Assembly (NCBI GenBank): GCA_963806855.1
Contig: CAWDYW010000001.1
Coordinates: 320,001-384,000 of the forward strand
Direction: 5' to 3'
Length of the DNA: 64,000 bases
From: an uncultured Verrucomicrobiae bacterium
GTDB lineage: Bacteria; Chlamydiota; Chlamydiia; Chlamydiales; Rhabdochlamydiaceae
Below are positions 10,365 through 20,556 of the stretch, piece after piece. Within the stretch, counting starts at the first letter, position 1. Each line of letters begins with the position of its first letter. The position numbers were made by a program, and so were the translations under genes. Below the pieces are notes generated by a model. It made no database searches. It was not told the origin of the DNA and worked only from the letters and a program-made list of their open reading frames with translations.

Positions 10365-10468
10365 TCAACCGGACTTTCTCCTTTATCTTTTGACTGGAGT
10401 GGTCAGCTTATATCCAGTCAATAGGGTGCGCTAGCGGTTGAGAATTCAATGGCATTCTTGGGATATTA

Positions 10469-12139
10469 TTAGTTGATTTTCGGGTTCTTTGTAATTGTGG
10501 TCTGAGGTCTTCGAAAGTATATCAAGTGATTTGGATAGTCGATGTAAAAAGCATGTTTTCTTAGGAAATCCATCCCTAAGATTCCGTCAATATTCTCCAT
10601 TTTTGGAGAAATATCAAAAGGATAGAAATTCATCTTTTCATACTGACAATTTCCTAATACGAGCGTGTTAATACAAAAATATGAATTTCCAAGAGAATCC
10701 TTATTAAGATCTTCTCCATTTAGCACTTCTGATTTGATGAGCGAGACGGAACACCCTGTGTCAAGCAACAAACGCAATTCTCCCAAATCGGTTTTAGTGC
10801 TGAGCACAATACCACATTCCTCAGGTTTAAATGAGACTTTTGCATATTCCTCCAAACGAACATTTATTTTTTTTAAATCTCCCTCCTGATTGATCAGCCT
10901 AAGAGCTGAGTCTGGAAAATCGAAATAGATATTGGTCCTATATAAAATTGGACGTCCGAGATAGCCAAAATGCCCATCCTGAATAGTCCCTGCCTTTTTC
11001 ACATTAATCCCAAGTGCAGCCCCTATTTCTTTTTGTCTATTTACAAAAAGATTTTTTAATAAAGAATTTCCAATCTTGCAGTCGGGGAGGATATAACAAT
11101 CAGTTTCATCTTCCCTTCCAATAACATTTACTGAATGAGATGTGTCTATATGATACAGCCCATCCGCGCAAAAATCCCCTGAGCGGAAGAGTAATTCCCT
11201 ACTATATCCAAGGTCAACCATCACCGGCTCTCTTTTGCCGCGCACTTCAATTTCAATGATAGGTAAGCCATTGACAGTAAAATTTACAGGAATTTTTGAG
11301 TCTGAATTATTGGCAAGGGTATTACAATATTTTCCACCAATATATAAATACTCATTGCGAGCATCGATATAAACTATATGATTCTTTAAAAATTCTGCTC
11401 CCAACACACCATCAATTTCTAACTCTTGAGTAAGTTCGGCTGGATAGAACTCCATTACATGAAAATCCTTGTTTCCAATTCTAATTGCCGTTTTTAAAGA
11501 ATTATCAGGACCGTTCCATATTGATCTATTTATTATATTTGCATTTCCAGATGTGATCAACATCATATTCAATTCACCAAAAGAACTAATTGCCCTAAAA
11601 TAAATTCCTTTTTCCGTTATCCTGCACTTAATTTTCTCCATCTTTCTTATGTCATAGCCCAAAGATGCTAAATTTTTTTCATTTTTAATCCCAGCAATTC
11701 GATGATGAGGAAAATCCAAAAAGAGATTTATTCTTCCTAAAGGCCAAGAAATCGAGCCTACACTTTCCTCATCTTCAGGCTCAGTTGAGGTGAGTATTTT
11801 TTTGAGTTTCAGTTTTCCTAGTTCTATCTGTCTGACTTCAAAAAGAGGAGCATTTTCCTGCTCCCCCATTAAATTTTTCCAATGCGCTTCCCCTTTTCTA
11901 GACTTTCTAATCTCAATCAATTTTTTTTCTGAGATAAAAAGGGGATAGGGAGAAGCCAAGAATAAATATAGCGGATATTGATTACCCTGAATATTTACGT
12001 TAACCATAGGAAATGTCTTTTTTGAGAATGTTACCGGAACAATATAAGGAGAATGATTCTCGTAAATATTCAAAGTCAAGATCGTCGAGATTAGAATTAA
12101 AAAAACTAAAGCCGAAATCTTTTTTTTATTCTTAATCAT
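10469..12139 (-). CDS. Membrane-anchored retropepsin-like aspartyl protease with repeated domains
   Basis: N-terminal TM; LLLDTGCS, MVDLG; two GxLGxxFL..H..YID motifs. Confidence 0.7.
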   Translation of the reverse strand: MIKNKKKISALVFLILISTILTLNIYENHSPYIVPVTFSKKTFPMVNVNIQGNQYPLYLFLASPYPLFISEKKLIEIRKSRKGEAHWKNLMGEQENAPLFEVRQIELGKLKLKKILTSTEPEDEESVGSISWPLGRINLFLDFPHHRIAGIKNEKNLASLGYDIRKMEKIKCRITEKGIYFRAISSFGELNMMLITSGNANIINRSIWNGPDNSLKTAIRIGNKDFHVMEFYPAELTQELEIDGVLGAEFLKNHIVYIDARNEYLYIGGKYCNTLANNSDSKIPVNFTVNGLPIIEIEVRGKREPVMVDLGYSRELLFRSGDFCADGLYHIDTSHSVNVIGREDETDCYILPDCKIGNSLLKNLFVNRQKEIGAALGINVKKAGTIQDGHFGYLGRPILYRTNIYFDFPDSALRLINQEGDLKKINVRLEEYAKVSFKPEECGIVLSTKTDLGELRLLLDTGCSVSLIKSEVLNGEDLNKDSLGNSYFCINTLVLGNCQYEKMNFYPFDISPKMENIDGILGMDFLRKHAFYIDYPNHLIYFRRPQTTITKNPKIN

Positions 12140-12718
12140 CTATTTAAATTTAATTACAAGTGTAGCTTCCGCTTTTGCAGTTGTATTTCCATCGCTATCT
12201 TTTACGACAGAACAACTTCCCCCATAGGAGCAATTGCCATTGTTAGTTGTCTCTGTTACTTCTACAGTGAGTGATTGGTTTCCTTTATTATCAGCACCAC
12301 CTTTGACTTCCAATTGACCAGCAACTAGTATTTTATCTTCCCATAGCGAAGGATTTTGAAGGAATGCGCAAAGTATTGCTTGAGCTGTTAAATACTCATT
12401 ACATTCGCCCACTTCGACAAAAACGATATCCTCTGATCCACAAGCACCGCAAATTTTAGAGTCATGTTCGAATTCTCTCCTGCAATTTGCACAGACATAG
12501 CTGATCTGACACAGTGTAAAGTATCCTCTGTCATCAAATTGCAAATCATTAAGGGCAACAGCTCCAAAATTGTCAGTCATGAGAAAAATCCCATCTTGAC
12601 TAATGAGCAGTTTGTCTATATCTAAATTCACTCGAAATTCATTCGTCCATTTCTCTTCAGAAATCCCCTTACAAAAAACTGAACAAATTGCAACAAAGAT
12701 AAAAAATATAAATCTCAT
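12140..12718 (-). CDS. Secreted hypothetical protein with a zinc ribbon
   Basis: AGGAGG RBS before MRFIFF; signal peptide; CANC..CGAC. Confidence 0.6.
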   Translation of the reverse strand: MRFIFFIFVAICSVFCKGISEEKWTNEFRVNLDIDKLLISQDGIFLMTDNFGAVALNDLQFDDRGYFTLCQISYVCANCRREFEHDSKICGACGSEDIVFVEVGECNEYLTAQAILCAFLQNPSLWEDKILVAGQLEVKGGADNKGNQSLTVEVTETTNNGNCSYGGSCSVVKDSDGNTTAKAEATLVIKFK

Positions 12719-13188
12719 AACAACCTCCTTTGTGAGACTCATAAAGATTACATTTTGGAGAATGTTAAACATTTGGTCAACAAAACATTTGCTGCCCCAG
12801 CGATTATATCAGGACTAAATACTCTTCCACTCCCATTTTCGCCTTTCAATGTAATTCTGCCCCTGCTGGGGCGGTTCTTCCAATAGCGCAGTTACAGAGT
12901 ATTTCTGTTCTTCTCCTTGCTTGTCCCCCAGCGCTGTTTTGAAGCCTTTTCCCGCTTGTGTCTGTCTTCTCTTACCATATGTGACTCTGTTAGATTTTGC
13001 ATGATTAACGAGGAGCGCTACAGGGTAGCTAAATTAGGTGTTAGATGTGTATGAGAAAAGGCTACAGTAATCCGAATCCGAATCTAGGGAAAAGTGCAGC
13101 GCTAACTCTGCTTTTACAGAGCCAGAACATGAAAGTTGCTCGCATCGAACAATAACTAATCGATTTAACCCTCGAACTAAGTGTAGAG

Positions 13189-13287
13189 GGCACGGCTCAA
13201 ATTCGGGGGTCTTTAAATCATAAAGTGTGAATTTGAACCGCGCCAAAGCCTTGGGGTACGAATTCATCGTTAGGGGGGCGGGGTATA
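13189..13287. repeat. Degenerate palindromic element related to 46903-46950
   Basis: GGCACGGCTCAAATTC/GAATTTGAACCGCGCC inverted repeat (14/16); shares AAAGTGTGAATT and GCGGGGTATA with the 46.9-kb hairpin. Confidence 0.45.
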
Positions 13288-13295
13288 AAATGATT

Positions 13296-13820
13296 TTATT
13301 GGCGACGAAATATCTTCAAAGCTTCCACATAAGTTTCCTCATGGAGATTCGTTAGCGTGTAATTGTTGGGATGTTTAGCATAATAAAATAGCGTTCCTTC
13401 TGAAGCGGCTGCGATATCAATTTTATCCAATGAGAGCTTTGAGCAATTTGAATGTGGGAAATAAATTTCAATCTCGATGTTTTTAGATGTAAAAGGGTAA
13501 TCGTGAAGATAGGGGCGTATTTCTTCATTAGCATTAATCTCCACAAGATATTCTTGGATTGCAAAGAGTAAAAGCTCTCTGGCATTTTCTAAAGTTGATT
13601 CTTGACTGTACTCAAACCCCATCATCATCATGCTTATGTTCTCCAGCATTCTTCCGCCTGTGCCGATCAGTATAAAGCCCTTTTCTTTTTCCAATTTATC
13701 TGCTGTTCTTTTGGTTATAGCATCAGCTAATTTTTCATAATCTATAGCTTTAGAATGAGAATAATACATGACGATTCCGAAGGTTGTTAATAATAAACTA
13801 AGTATGATTGCGAGTCTCAT
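13296..13820 (-). CDS. Exported hypothetical protein (candidate immunity protein)
   Basis: 174-aa ORF with N-terminal TM/signal; ATGA-coupled to the upstream hydrolase; has a paralog at 10 kb. Confidence 0.7.
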   Translation of the reverse strand: MRLAIILSLLLTTFGIVMYYSHSKAIDYEKLADAITKRTADKLEKEKGFILIGTGGRMLENISMMMMGFEYSQESTLENARELLLFAIQEYLVEINANEEIRPYLHDYPFTSKNIEIEIYFPHSNCSKLSLDKIDIAAASEGTLFYYAKHPNNYTLTNLHEETYVEALKIFRRQ

Positions 13821-14989
13821 TTTATATATCCAATTTGTCTTAAATAATTATTAATATGATATAGAATTAGAGTTTGAAATGTTGGGCTATCAAAGCCATG
13901 GTCAAAATGAGGGGCATCTGGATGTGGCTCTAATAAGATAAGATGATCCCCATATCGAATTTTCCCAATTGCATCTAGGTGAGGGACAATGTCGCGCTTG
14001 CTAGCATAGTTATAAGCTTCAAAACACAATTTTTTCGGTATGACTGCGCCTGGAGAAATAGCAAGAACAATAATCCTTTCTCGTACTTCCTTGGGAGAGG
14101 AAGCTAAGGCATTAAATACATAGATAGTACCACTGCTATGGCAAATTTGGAGGAATTTTGCCTCTGGTCCATGGTTAGCAACAAATTGATCCCATTGGTT
14201 TCTCAACATTTGAACCGGAGGTGAATAAAGCTGGCAGTGTCCCAAAATGCACTCAAGAATGTCTATCAGTGCTGAGTGAGTAGCGTTATAAACGCCATAG
14301 ATTTTAGCCCCTTTAGCATACTGGCTGATTCTGATTGCATGTTCTTTGGCTACTCCCTCATTGTTATTAATCCCATTTATGAATCCAATTCCGCCATTAT
14401 CAAGATCTATTGAACCAATTTCATAGGGATATGAGCTGATTAAGTCATATCCATTAATGCCAGCTGTAGCAATATATGCATCCGCTAAAGAAATCAGATT
14501 TGCTAAATCTGGCTGTCTTTCGTATTCAGGAGGTGCCTCGGAGAGTAATTGCTCAACATCGCTGTTGAACACTAGGGTTTGTTCATTATGCATTTCACTA
14601 GTGCATGCAATAAAATCGGGATGGGTAAAGTGAGGGTTAGGGAAAATCACATAGAGATTTACTTCATCTTGATTTTCTACAGAATCATGGGTGACCCATT
14701 CCATTTCTAAATTCGATTTTCTCTTAAGAGCATGATTTAGGTCGAAAGAGGTTTTGTTAATCTCGAGTTCCAGGTGTTGACCATCTATTTCACTATTCTG
14801 AGGTTCGGTTGCTTCAGTAAAATGGCCTTTATAAACGAAAAAAATTATACCATTGTCTTGGGCAAGAGGGATGTTGTCCATTAAATTTGAAGGAGTGCCA
14901 TTCAGAAGTTGCCTGTATGAGAACTCCTTGCCTGTGCATTTCAGGAAATAAAAAAAACCTAAGATCAGACCTAATATGTATCGAACCAT
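13817..14989 (-). CDS. Exported alpha/beta-hydrolase-like protein, DUF687-like C-terminal domain
   Basis: GFINGINN, YNATHS, ICHSSG nucleophile elbow, DIVP, DHGF. Confidence 0.6.
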   Translation of the reverse strand: MVRYILGLILGFFYFLKCTGKEFSYRQLLNGTPSNLMDNIPLAQDNGIIFFVYKGHFTEATEPQNSEIDGQHLELEINKTSFDLNHALKRKSNLEMEWVTHDSVENQDEVNLYVIFPNPHFTHPDFIACTSEMHNEQTLVFNSDVEQLLSEAPPEYERQPDLANLISLADAYIATAGINGYDLISSYPYEIGSIDLDNGGIGFINGINNNEGVAKEHAIRISQYAKGAKIYGVYNATHSALIDILECILGHCQLYSPPVQMLRNQWDQFVANHGPEAKFLQICHSSGTIYVFNALASSPKEVRERIIVLAISPGAVIPKKLCFEAYNYASKRDIVPHLDAIGKIRYGDHLILLEPHPDAPHFDHGFDSPTFQTLILYHINNYLRQIGYIK

Positions 14990-15254
14990 TTCTCCAAACC
15001 CTTCAAAATTCGCAAAAAAAAATCACAAATAAGAAATTGTATTGGTTCCTGAAAATAGTTCAAAGCATTTGGGGGAAAAGAGGCAATCTTGACGGAAATT
15101 CACGGCGTTGACCTCGATGAACGTTTTGCCTCAGAGACCTATAGGGTCATTTTACAGCGCATACCATTACAAGTTCTATTAGACAAAAAATACCAACATC
15201 CGATAGTTTTTCCAGCATCTAGAGTCAAACCCTAGAGAAAAAGGAAAAAAATTT

Positions 15255-15929
15255 ATGAAAAAATTCAGTTTGAGTTTATTGACATTGATGAGCGCGATAA
15301 CATGTTCTGCTGCTGAGAATACCTTTGATACAGAGACCTTCGAGATTCCTTCTTCAGGAAGTGGTCCTATTGAAACAAATTCAATTGTAACCCCAAAGCC
15401 TTCCAGTTTCAGAAAATATGTATCGATCGACGTTTCAAGTCTGGCAAAACTACATGCGCGATTTAATTTTGGATTCCGAAATGAGATAGGCCGCAATGGT
15501 TGCGATTTGGGGATATTTGGCTTATCCGGTCGCTCAACCTCAGCATGCGGTGGGTATGCTTCCTACCTCTATTACTTTAATCCCGAGTCCAATTTCAAGT
15601 TTTATAGCGGGGCAGGTCTTGATGCTGGACTCTTATGGACAAAGCAAACCTATGGAGCAATGGCGAGAGGTGTGATCCCAATAGGATTGAATCACATTGC
15701 AAAATCAGGCAGGAACGATTTTTTTCAGATCAATATTTTTTGGCCTCAGACGAGGTACGAGAAAATCTATGAAAATAAGCAGGACCGTTATTATTTCCTG
15801 AAAGAAGACCGTCCATCGAAAGTTGATAGGTATACCTCATATTTTGATTATCGTCGGGGAAGAACTTCTTCTACGACGAGAGATTTGAACAACATAGGCA
15901 TTAGTGTAAATTACGGTCTATTCTTCTAG
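15255..15929 (+). CDS. Secreted small outer-membrane beta-barrel-like protein
   Basis: Signal peptide; alternating aromatic strands; C-terminal YGLFF. Confidence 0.55.
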   Translation: MKKFSLSLLTLMSAITCSAAENTFDTETFEIPSSGSGPIETNSIVTPKPSSFRKYVSIDVSSLAKLHARFNFGFRNEIGRNGCDLGIFGLSGRSTSACGGYASYLYYFNPESNFKFYSGAGLDAGLLWTKQTYGAMARGVIPIGLNHIAKSGRNDFFQINIFWPQTRYEKIYENKQDRYYFLKEDRPSKVDRYTSYFDYRRGRTSSTTRDLNNIGISVNYGLFF

Positions 15930-16250
15930 AGAACTCCTCAACATAAACCATTCCCAACCGCTCAAAGTGATGCCGAGGGAATGGTTCGCCTATTTGATCA
16001 CTTCGTTCTCAGCGACTGCTTCCACTCTGTGAATTGGCATTATCCCTCCCTTCTCACCCCTCTCCTTAACAAAATATTAACACTTCTGAGGTTTTATGCT
16101 AGTAGCATTAATTTATTTAATTACAAGATTCTTTTATATTAAAAAAATTAAATATTCGAATGTGTATTTTCAGAATTTACTAAGTTTTTTGCTGTTTTAA
16201 AAAAGACTTTCTATGTATAATATGCCTTAATTTTCTTGTGGAGGAATAAA

Positions 16251-17054
16251 ATGTCTGTACCCCTTAACACAGTATTCAGTCAACAAAGTAGTTGGAAGAT
16301 GCCTGATTCACTAAAACAAAGAGCCGACTGGAGCAACTCACTAGAACCACCTAAACAAAAAAATATTCCTAATAAGGAAATTCGAGAATTAGCTTGGGAA
16401 AAAATATTAGGATTTTTTAATCCTAACAAGACCTCTCAGTTCTCAGAATTGCTTCAACTCGTTCAAAAGGCAGATCCCAGTATTTCTTTTTTTGGCAATC
16501 GGTATGTGAGTATCGCAGAAAATGGCGAAACAATAGACCTTGATATACTCGTCTCCCGCATGCAATCCCTACTTAGCAAAAATCGAGAATTTACTGAATA
16601 TGAGAGGAATGATATCAAGCTGATATCCAAAAAACTGAATAGCTTTTATAAAATAACAGATGAGCAAATGGAATCTTCCAACATAATTACTAGAATTATT
16701 TACCTATTTCGTGAGAGCATCTTCGGGAAAATAATTGGAGGATTATTCTGCATTGGCTTCATTCCTTCCAGAGCCAGATGGCCATGGCAAAATTGCAGAA
16801 AAATAGGAATGCTTCCTAACTGTGACATGTATAAATTCTATACCCCCACTCAATTTCTGGCTAAATTTTGGTATCAAGCAGATAAGGAAAATGAATCCAT
16901 CGATTTTTATGAAGATTATGACGGCCTATGGTTTTGTCCGAGGAAAAATCAGGATCAAATACGAAAAGTTGTCACTGGCATGGATTCAAATTATTGGGAT
17001 TTCACTACTACTTTAGAACCGAAAAAAGCAAAAGACGAAGAGGATCCTCGTTAA
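16251..17054 (+). CDS. Hypothetical protein
   Basis: Long ORF with GGAGG RBS before ATG 16251. Confidence 0.6.
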   Translation: MSVPLNTVFSQQSSWKMPDSLKQRADWSNSLEPPKQKNIPNKEIRELAWEKILGFFNPNKTSQFSELLQLVQKADPSISFFGNRYVSIAENGETIDLDILVSRMQSLLSKNREFTEYERNDIKLISKKLNSFYKITDEQMESSNIITRIIYLFRESIFGKIIGGLFCIGFIPSRARWPWQNCRKIGMLPNCDMYKFYTPTQFLAKFWYQADKENESIDFYEDYDGLWFCPRKNQDQIRKVVTGMDSNYWDFTTTLEPKKAKDEEDPR

Positions 17055-17257
17055 ACTCTAACGGGGTCAAAGAGCAAATCGCACATGCTAAGAGCAAAAA
17101 AAGTAGACAACACTGGTAAAAGCTGCTCTATTGACCTATGAATTCCTGGATTTTCCACATTTATCAATCGTGGTAAATACGGATGGTTACTCATCCCCAT
17201 CTTAATCTCTTTTGCAGCCTCTACACCAGTGAATTCAAAGGATTTTCGTTGGGGCAA

Positions 17258-18508
17258 TTAAAAATTGAATTGAATGCTAGCTTCTAAACCTTGCGCCCAA
17301 AAGGAAGCGGTTTTGAAAGGAACTTTTGGTCTAGTGGACCCACTTGGTGCAGGAGCAGGTCCTGGTTCTGATCCAAAAGAAATAGGTCCAGTACCTATCC
17401 CCACAGTAGCCCTGGAAGCATCCGCTAATGCGGTTTGAGTCGAGTTGATTTTCCGATCGATTTGATCTCCAGGTCTCACAACTTTACTTATCCATAAAAA
17501 AGAATAGCCAAGGCCAATTTCAATATGGCTTGTTATTTCAAAGCCTAGTCGAACTTTTGTTTCAAAACCGAAAGCCAGACGATCTTTTTTATGAGTTCCA
17601 ATGTTGCTTGGCTCCGCAAAAATCCCTCCGGGCAAGATTTCATTTGCTGTTCCCTTCGTCAAAAAAAATAAATTGCCATCGCTTGTCTGACTCGACCCTT
17701 GAATGTTTATTTTTTGATGCATCACGCCTAACATTCCGTTGAGCATAGCCTCCAATTTCCATCGATTGATTTGATAACTAGCGTCTATTTTCAATTGAAG
17801 GCCGAGAAGATGATTCTTCGTCTTGAAACTATCCTTCGCATTATAAAAGGCATGATCAAAGGAAGAATTAGGCAGAGCAAGTGAATGAACCTTAAAAAAA
17901 AGCACTTCATGAAGGTAGACCCATCGAAATCCTAAGATCCAGTCAAGTTCAAAGCAATCACTATTGCATAGCTGATAGAGAAAATTGAACTCGGCGCTTT
18001 GAAGCTGGCTTGCGAGTCTCAAGTGATATGTTGCAGAAAACCCCGGTTCATTTAAAAAGGGGCCGGGTAAAATGAAAATTGTTTCTCCGGCTGCACCATT
18101 CAATCCAAAAACACCGCTGACATCAAAGATGGGGACTGCGTAATTGGGTGATCCAGGATTACCTGAAGTGTTCAAAGATTTTGTCTCAGCAACTGTGGGC
18201 AACAGAAAATACGCTCCCTCAATTCCTATATTATTCCCAACCCACGCTCCAGCATCAATCTGAAAGCCTTGCAACAAATCCATATGAACGGCTCTTTTCC
18301 CAAGGACTATCTGAGTATGGGGCTGTCCGATAGCTCCAGGGAGCGGATCGTTATAAGAACCAGAAGTGACTAAAGGTACTGGAACCGGATTTTTTTTGAT
18401 GGACCAAAGAAGATATTCAGCCTCGATCCAATATGTTGAGCATTCTTGTGCAAATGTGGATCCGATAATGAGAAAGGATGATAAAAAATACTTCAAATTT
18501 AGGTTCAT
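17258..18508 (-). CDS. BBP7-family outer-membrane beta-barrel (porin-like) protein
   Basis: Signal peptide; YWIEAEYLLW, GFRWVYL, RPGDQIDR; terminal F. Confidence 0.75.
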   Translation of the reverse strand: MNLNLKYFLSSFLIIGSTFAQECSTYWIEAEYLLWSIKKNPVPVPLVTSGSYNDPLPGAIGQPHTQIVLGKRAVHMDLLQGFQIDAGAWVGNNIGIEGAYFLLPTVAETKSLNTSGNPGSPNYAVPIFDVSGVFGLNGAAGETIFILPGPFLNEPGFSATYHLRLASQLQSAEFNFLYQLCNSDCFELDWILGFRWVYLHEVLFFKVHSLALPNSSFDHAFYNAKDSFKTKNHLLGLQLKIDASYQINRWKLEAMLNGMLGVMHQKINIQGSSQTSDGNLFFLTKGTANEILPGGIFAEPSNIGTHKKDRLAFGFETKVRLGFEITSHIEIGLGYSFLWISKVVRPGDQIDRKINSTQTALADASRATVGIGTGPISFGSEPGPAPAPSGSTRPKVPFKTASFWAQGLEASIQFNF

Positions 18509-18636
18509 GTGACCTATTTGTCTTCATAAATTTTTTTAATTATATTTACAACTGATTAGGCAGCGCCTTACGCAAAGCGATCCACAATATGGGTGTGTTG
18601 CATAACTATTAGTTTTGTGCCCGCACAATGATCTTG

Positions 18637-18701
18637 TTAGAAGACCCACTCGAGGCGTTCGTTGAAGCTGGTCTTTGTGTTGAAGAGTCCTTTAATAGCC
18701 G
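18637..18701 (-). repeat. Degenerate copy C of the autotransporter 3' end
   Basis: Aligns to the last ~73 bp of the autotransporter (from 22341) with a 9-bp deletion and a few substitutions; encodes KGLFNTKTSFNERLEWVF*. Confidence 0.85.
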
Positions 18702-19370
18702 TAAGCATCCGTCATAAAAGCGATGTCGCAATCTCCCTTTTTGAAGTGATTTAGAAAGAGATTAGCTGTCGCATGGGAAACTGCCGCAGGGAAAAACCCA
18801 GTCTTTTCAAAAAGAGTACCGAAAATGACGCCTCCAACAAAATGGGGTAAAACTAGATGGGTTTTGCGATGTACAAAAGCAAAAAATAGCGATGTAAGAA
18901 CGATTCGAGAAATCGGACTAGAAATGATTGTTCTAAATCGCTCAGGTAGTGGTTTTGAAATCGTGGTTAAGATCACTTTTTGAATGCAAAACCTAAAGAT
19001 CAGCTCTTCTGCTACTGCGTCTCCGAAGATTTTAGAGCTTTTTGTTAAACAGCAAGCCTCATAATAAGGAAGATATTTTAGCGAGGACGAACATAGTTGA
19101 GAATTTAGCGAAAATACATCAGGAAAAAATGGGCGAATAATAGCTGTGATTTTTTCTTTTATTTTGCCAATAGGCTCAATATAAGATGTTAATTTTTGAG
19201 CATCCAAAAACCTAGCTTTATATAGGCACGCATATTGACCCAGTATGCTTGTAGCTGCCATAGCACTTTGGCGAGATATAATTGTATGAAGAAAAGGCAT
19301 AAAGAAATCCAGAACCGACTCCAATTGCACTTTGTTTAAGTAGGTTAAAAGAAGTTTGAATGGGGTTCAT
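18692..19370 (-). CDS. CPBP/CAAX (Abi) family intramembrane protease (apparent 5' frameshift)
   Basis: EELIFR, FAFVH, H..ANL motifs; ATG at 19370 lies in another frame. Confidence 0.75.
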
Positions 19371-19490
19371 ATTGCCAAAATCTTCCTATTTAAAAAATAT
19401 TATTAACCATTATAACGTTTAAATGATTTTAAAAGAAGGGCTGTAAATTATTTTACTTTAGAACTAGTTCGATTAAAGGTTTGTTGAAGA

Positions 19491-19510
19491 GGAGCCGTTT
19501 CAAAGGCTCC
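19491..19510 (-). terminator. Hairpin just downstream of repeat copy B
   Basis: GGAGCC-GTTTCAAA-GGCTCC, 13 bp beyond the copy-B stop codon. Confidence 0.55.
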
Positions 19511-19523
19511 CCTAAAGAGCTTC

Positions 19524-19678
19524 TTAGAAGACCCACTCTAGGCGGCCTTCCACTTCGTTGATGCTGGTTTTGGTGTTGTAGAGCCCTTTGTAGCCGACGA
19601 CGAAGGAGAAGCCGTTGCAATGGGTCCACTTCAGACCGACTTCGGGCGAGCCGAGGTTGATCACGTCGTCGTAGCTGG
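19524..19678 (-). repeat. Copy B of the autotransporter 3' end (155 bp)
   Basis: 151/155 identical to 22341-22495; all four differences are synonymous third positions. Confidence 0.97.
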
Positions 19679-19745
19679 CAACATCTCTACGATGTGGATC
19701 AATTTGTTACAGAAAGGATTAGTTTTCCCTTATGTAGGCTTGACC

Positions 19746-20426
19746 TTAGTATGTATCAGCAGGTGCCCAAATGTTATTATAGCGCTGATCAAACATTTTC
19801 GCTTGCATCTGGATCTTTTCAGTCTCATATGCTGTAAGGGTTGTGCTTAGCTGAGCTGCAGTAGGCAGATAGGGGGTCTCTTTATCTGTTAAATATACTA
19901 TACGCTCCTCGCCTTCCCGCTTAACTATATCGTCTTTGGAGCGGATAACACCCTTTTGCTCATACTCTTCTTTATAGACTCGTATACCTAACTCTCCAAC
20001 CCATGGGTCATCTTTCGAAGAAGGATTTATCCCTCCACCGCCATGCCTTAAATAAAATAAAATTGGATGTTCATTGGATTCAACGTAAAGATTGTTAATA
20101 GCTCGGAATGGCAATGTGAAAAATCGAATTGGTAATGTAGCGAAGTCCCAGATTAGTGCGAGTAGCATAAACCCTATATTTGCTACTCGGTTAGTTCTTA
20201 TGACCCCATTAATTAGAGTAGGTAGAAATAGATCCTGCGCGATAAATTGAATGTCCGTACGAATAGGGATAACTGACCATTTACAAAAACCTGCCATATT
20301 CATATGGCTACTGGCGCAATTGAGGGCCGAGTTTGCCTCATGTTCATTTTTAAGTTTCATAATATACAGGGGAGCCTGCAATGAATGATCACTGTTTACT
20401 TTATGTATAGAGAGGTAATAAGACAT
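19746..20426 (-). CDS. Hypothetical protein with a central hydrophobic hairpin
   Basis: 226-aa ORF, AT-rich. Confidence 0.6.
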   Translation of the reverse strand: MSYYLSIHKVNSDHSLQAPLYIMKLKNEHEANSALNCASSHMNMAGFCKWSVIPIRTDIQFIAQDLFLPTLINGVIRTNRVANIGFMLLALIWDFATLPIRFFTLPFRAINNLYVESNEHPILFYLRHGGGGINPSSKDDPWVGELGIRVYKEEYEQKGVIRSKDDIVKREGEERIVYLTDKETPYLPTAAQLSTTLTAYETEKIQMQAKMFDQRYNNIWAPADTY

Positions 20427-20556
20427 AATTTATTCCATTTGTTGTGCGGGTTAGTTTGTCAATTATAATAACAAAATAACTAAAATAAATCAATGCCTCC
20501 TGTGGTCAAAAAGAAATATTGTCATTTAATTTTAGACAATCACCTTTGATAATTGA

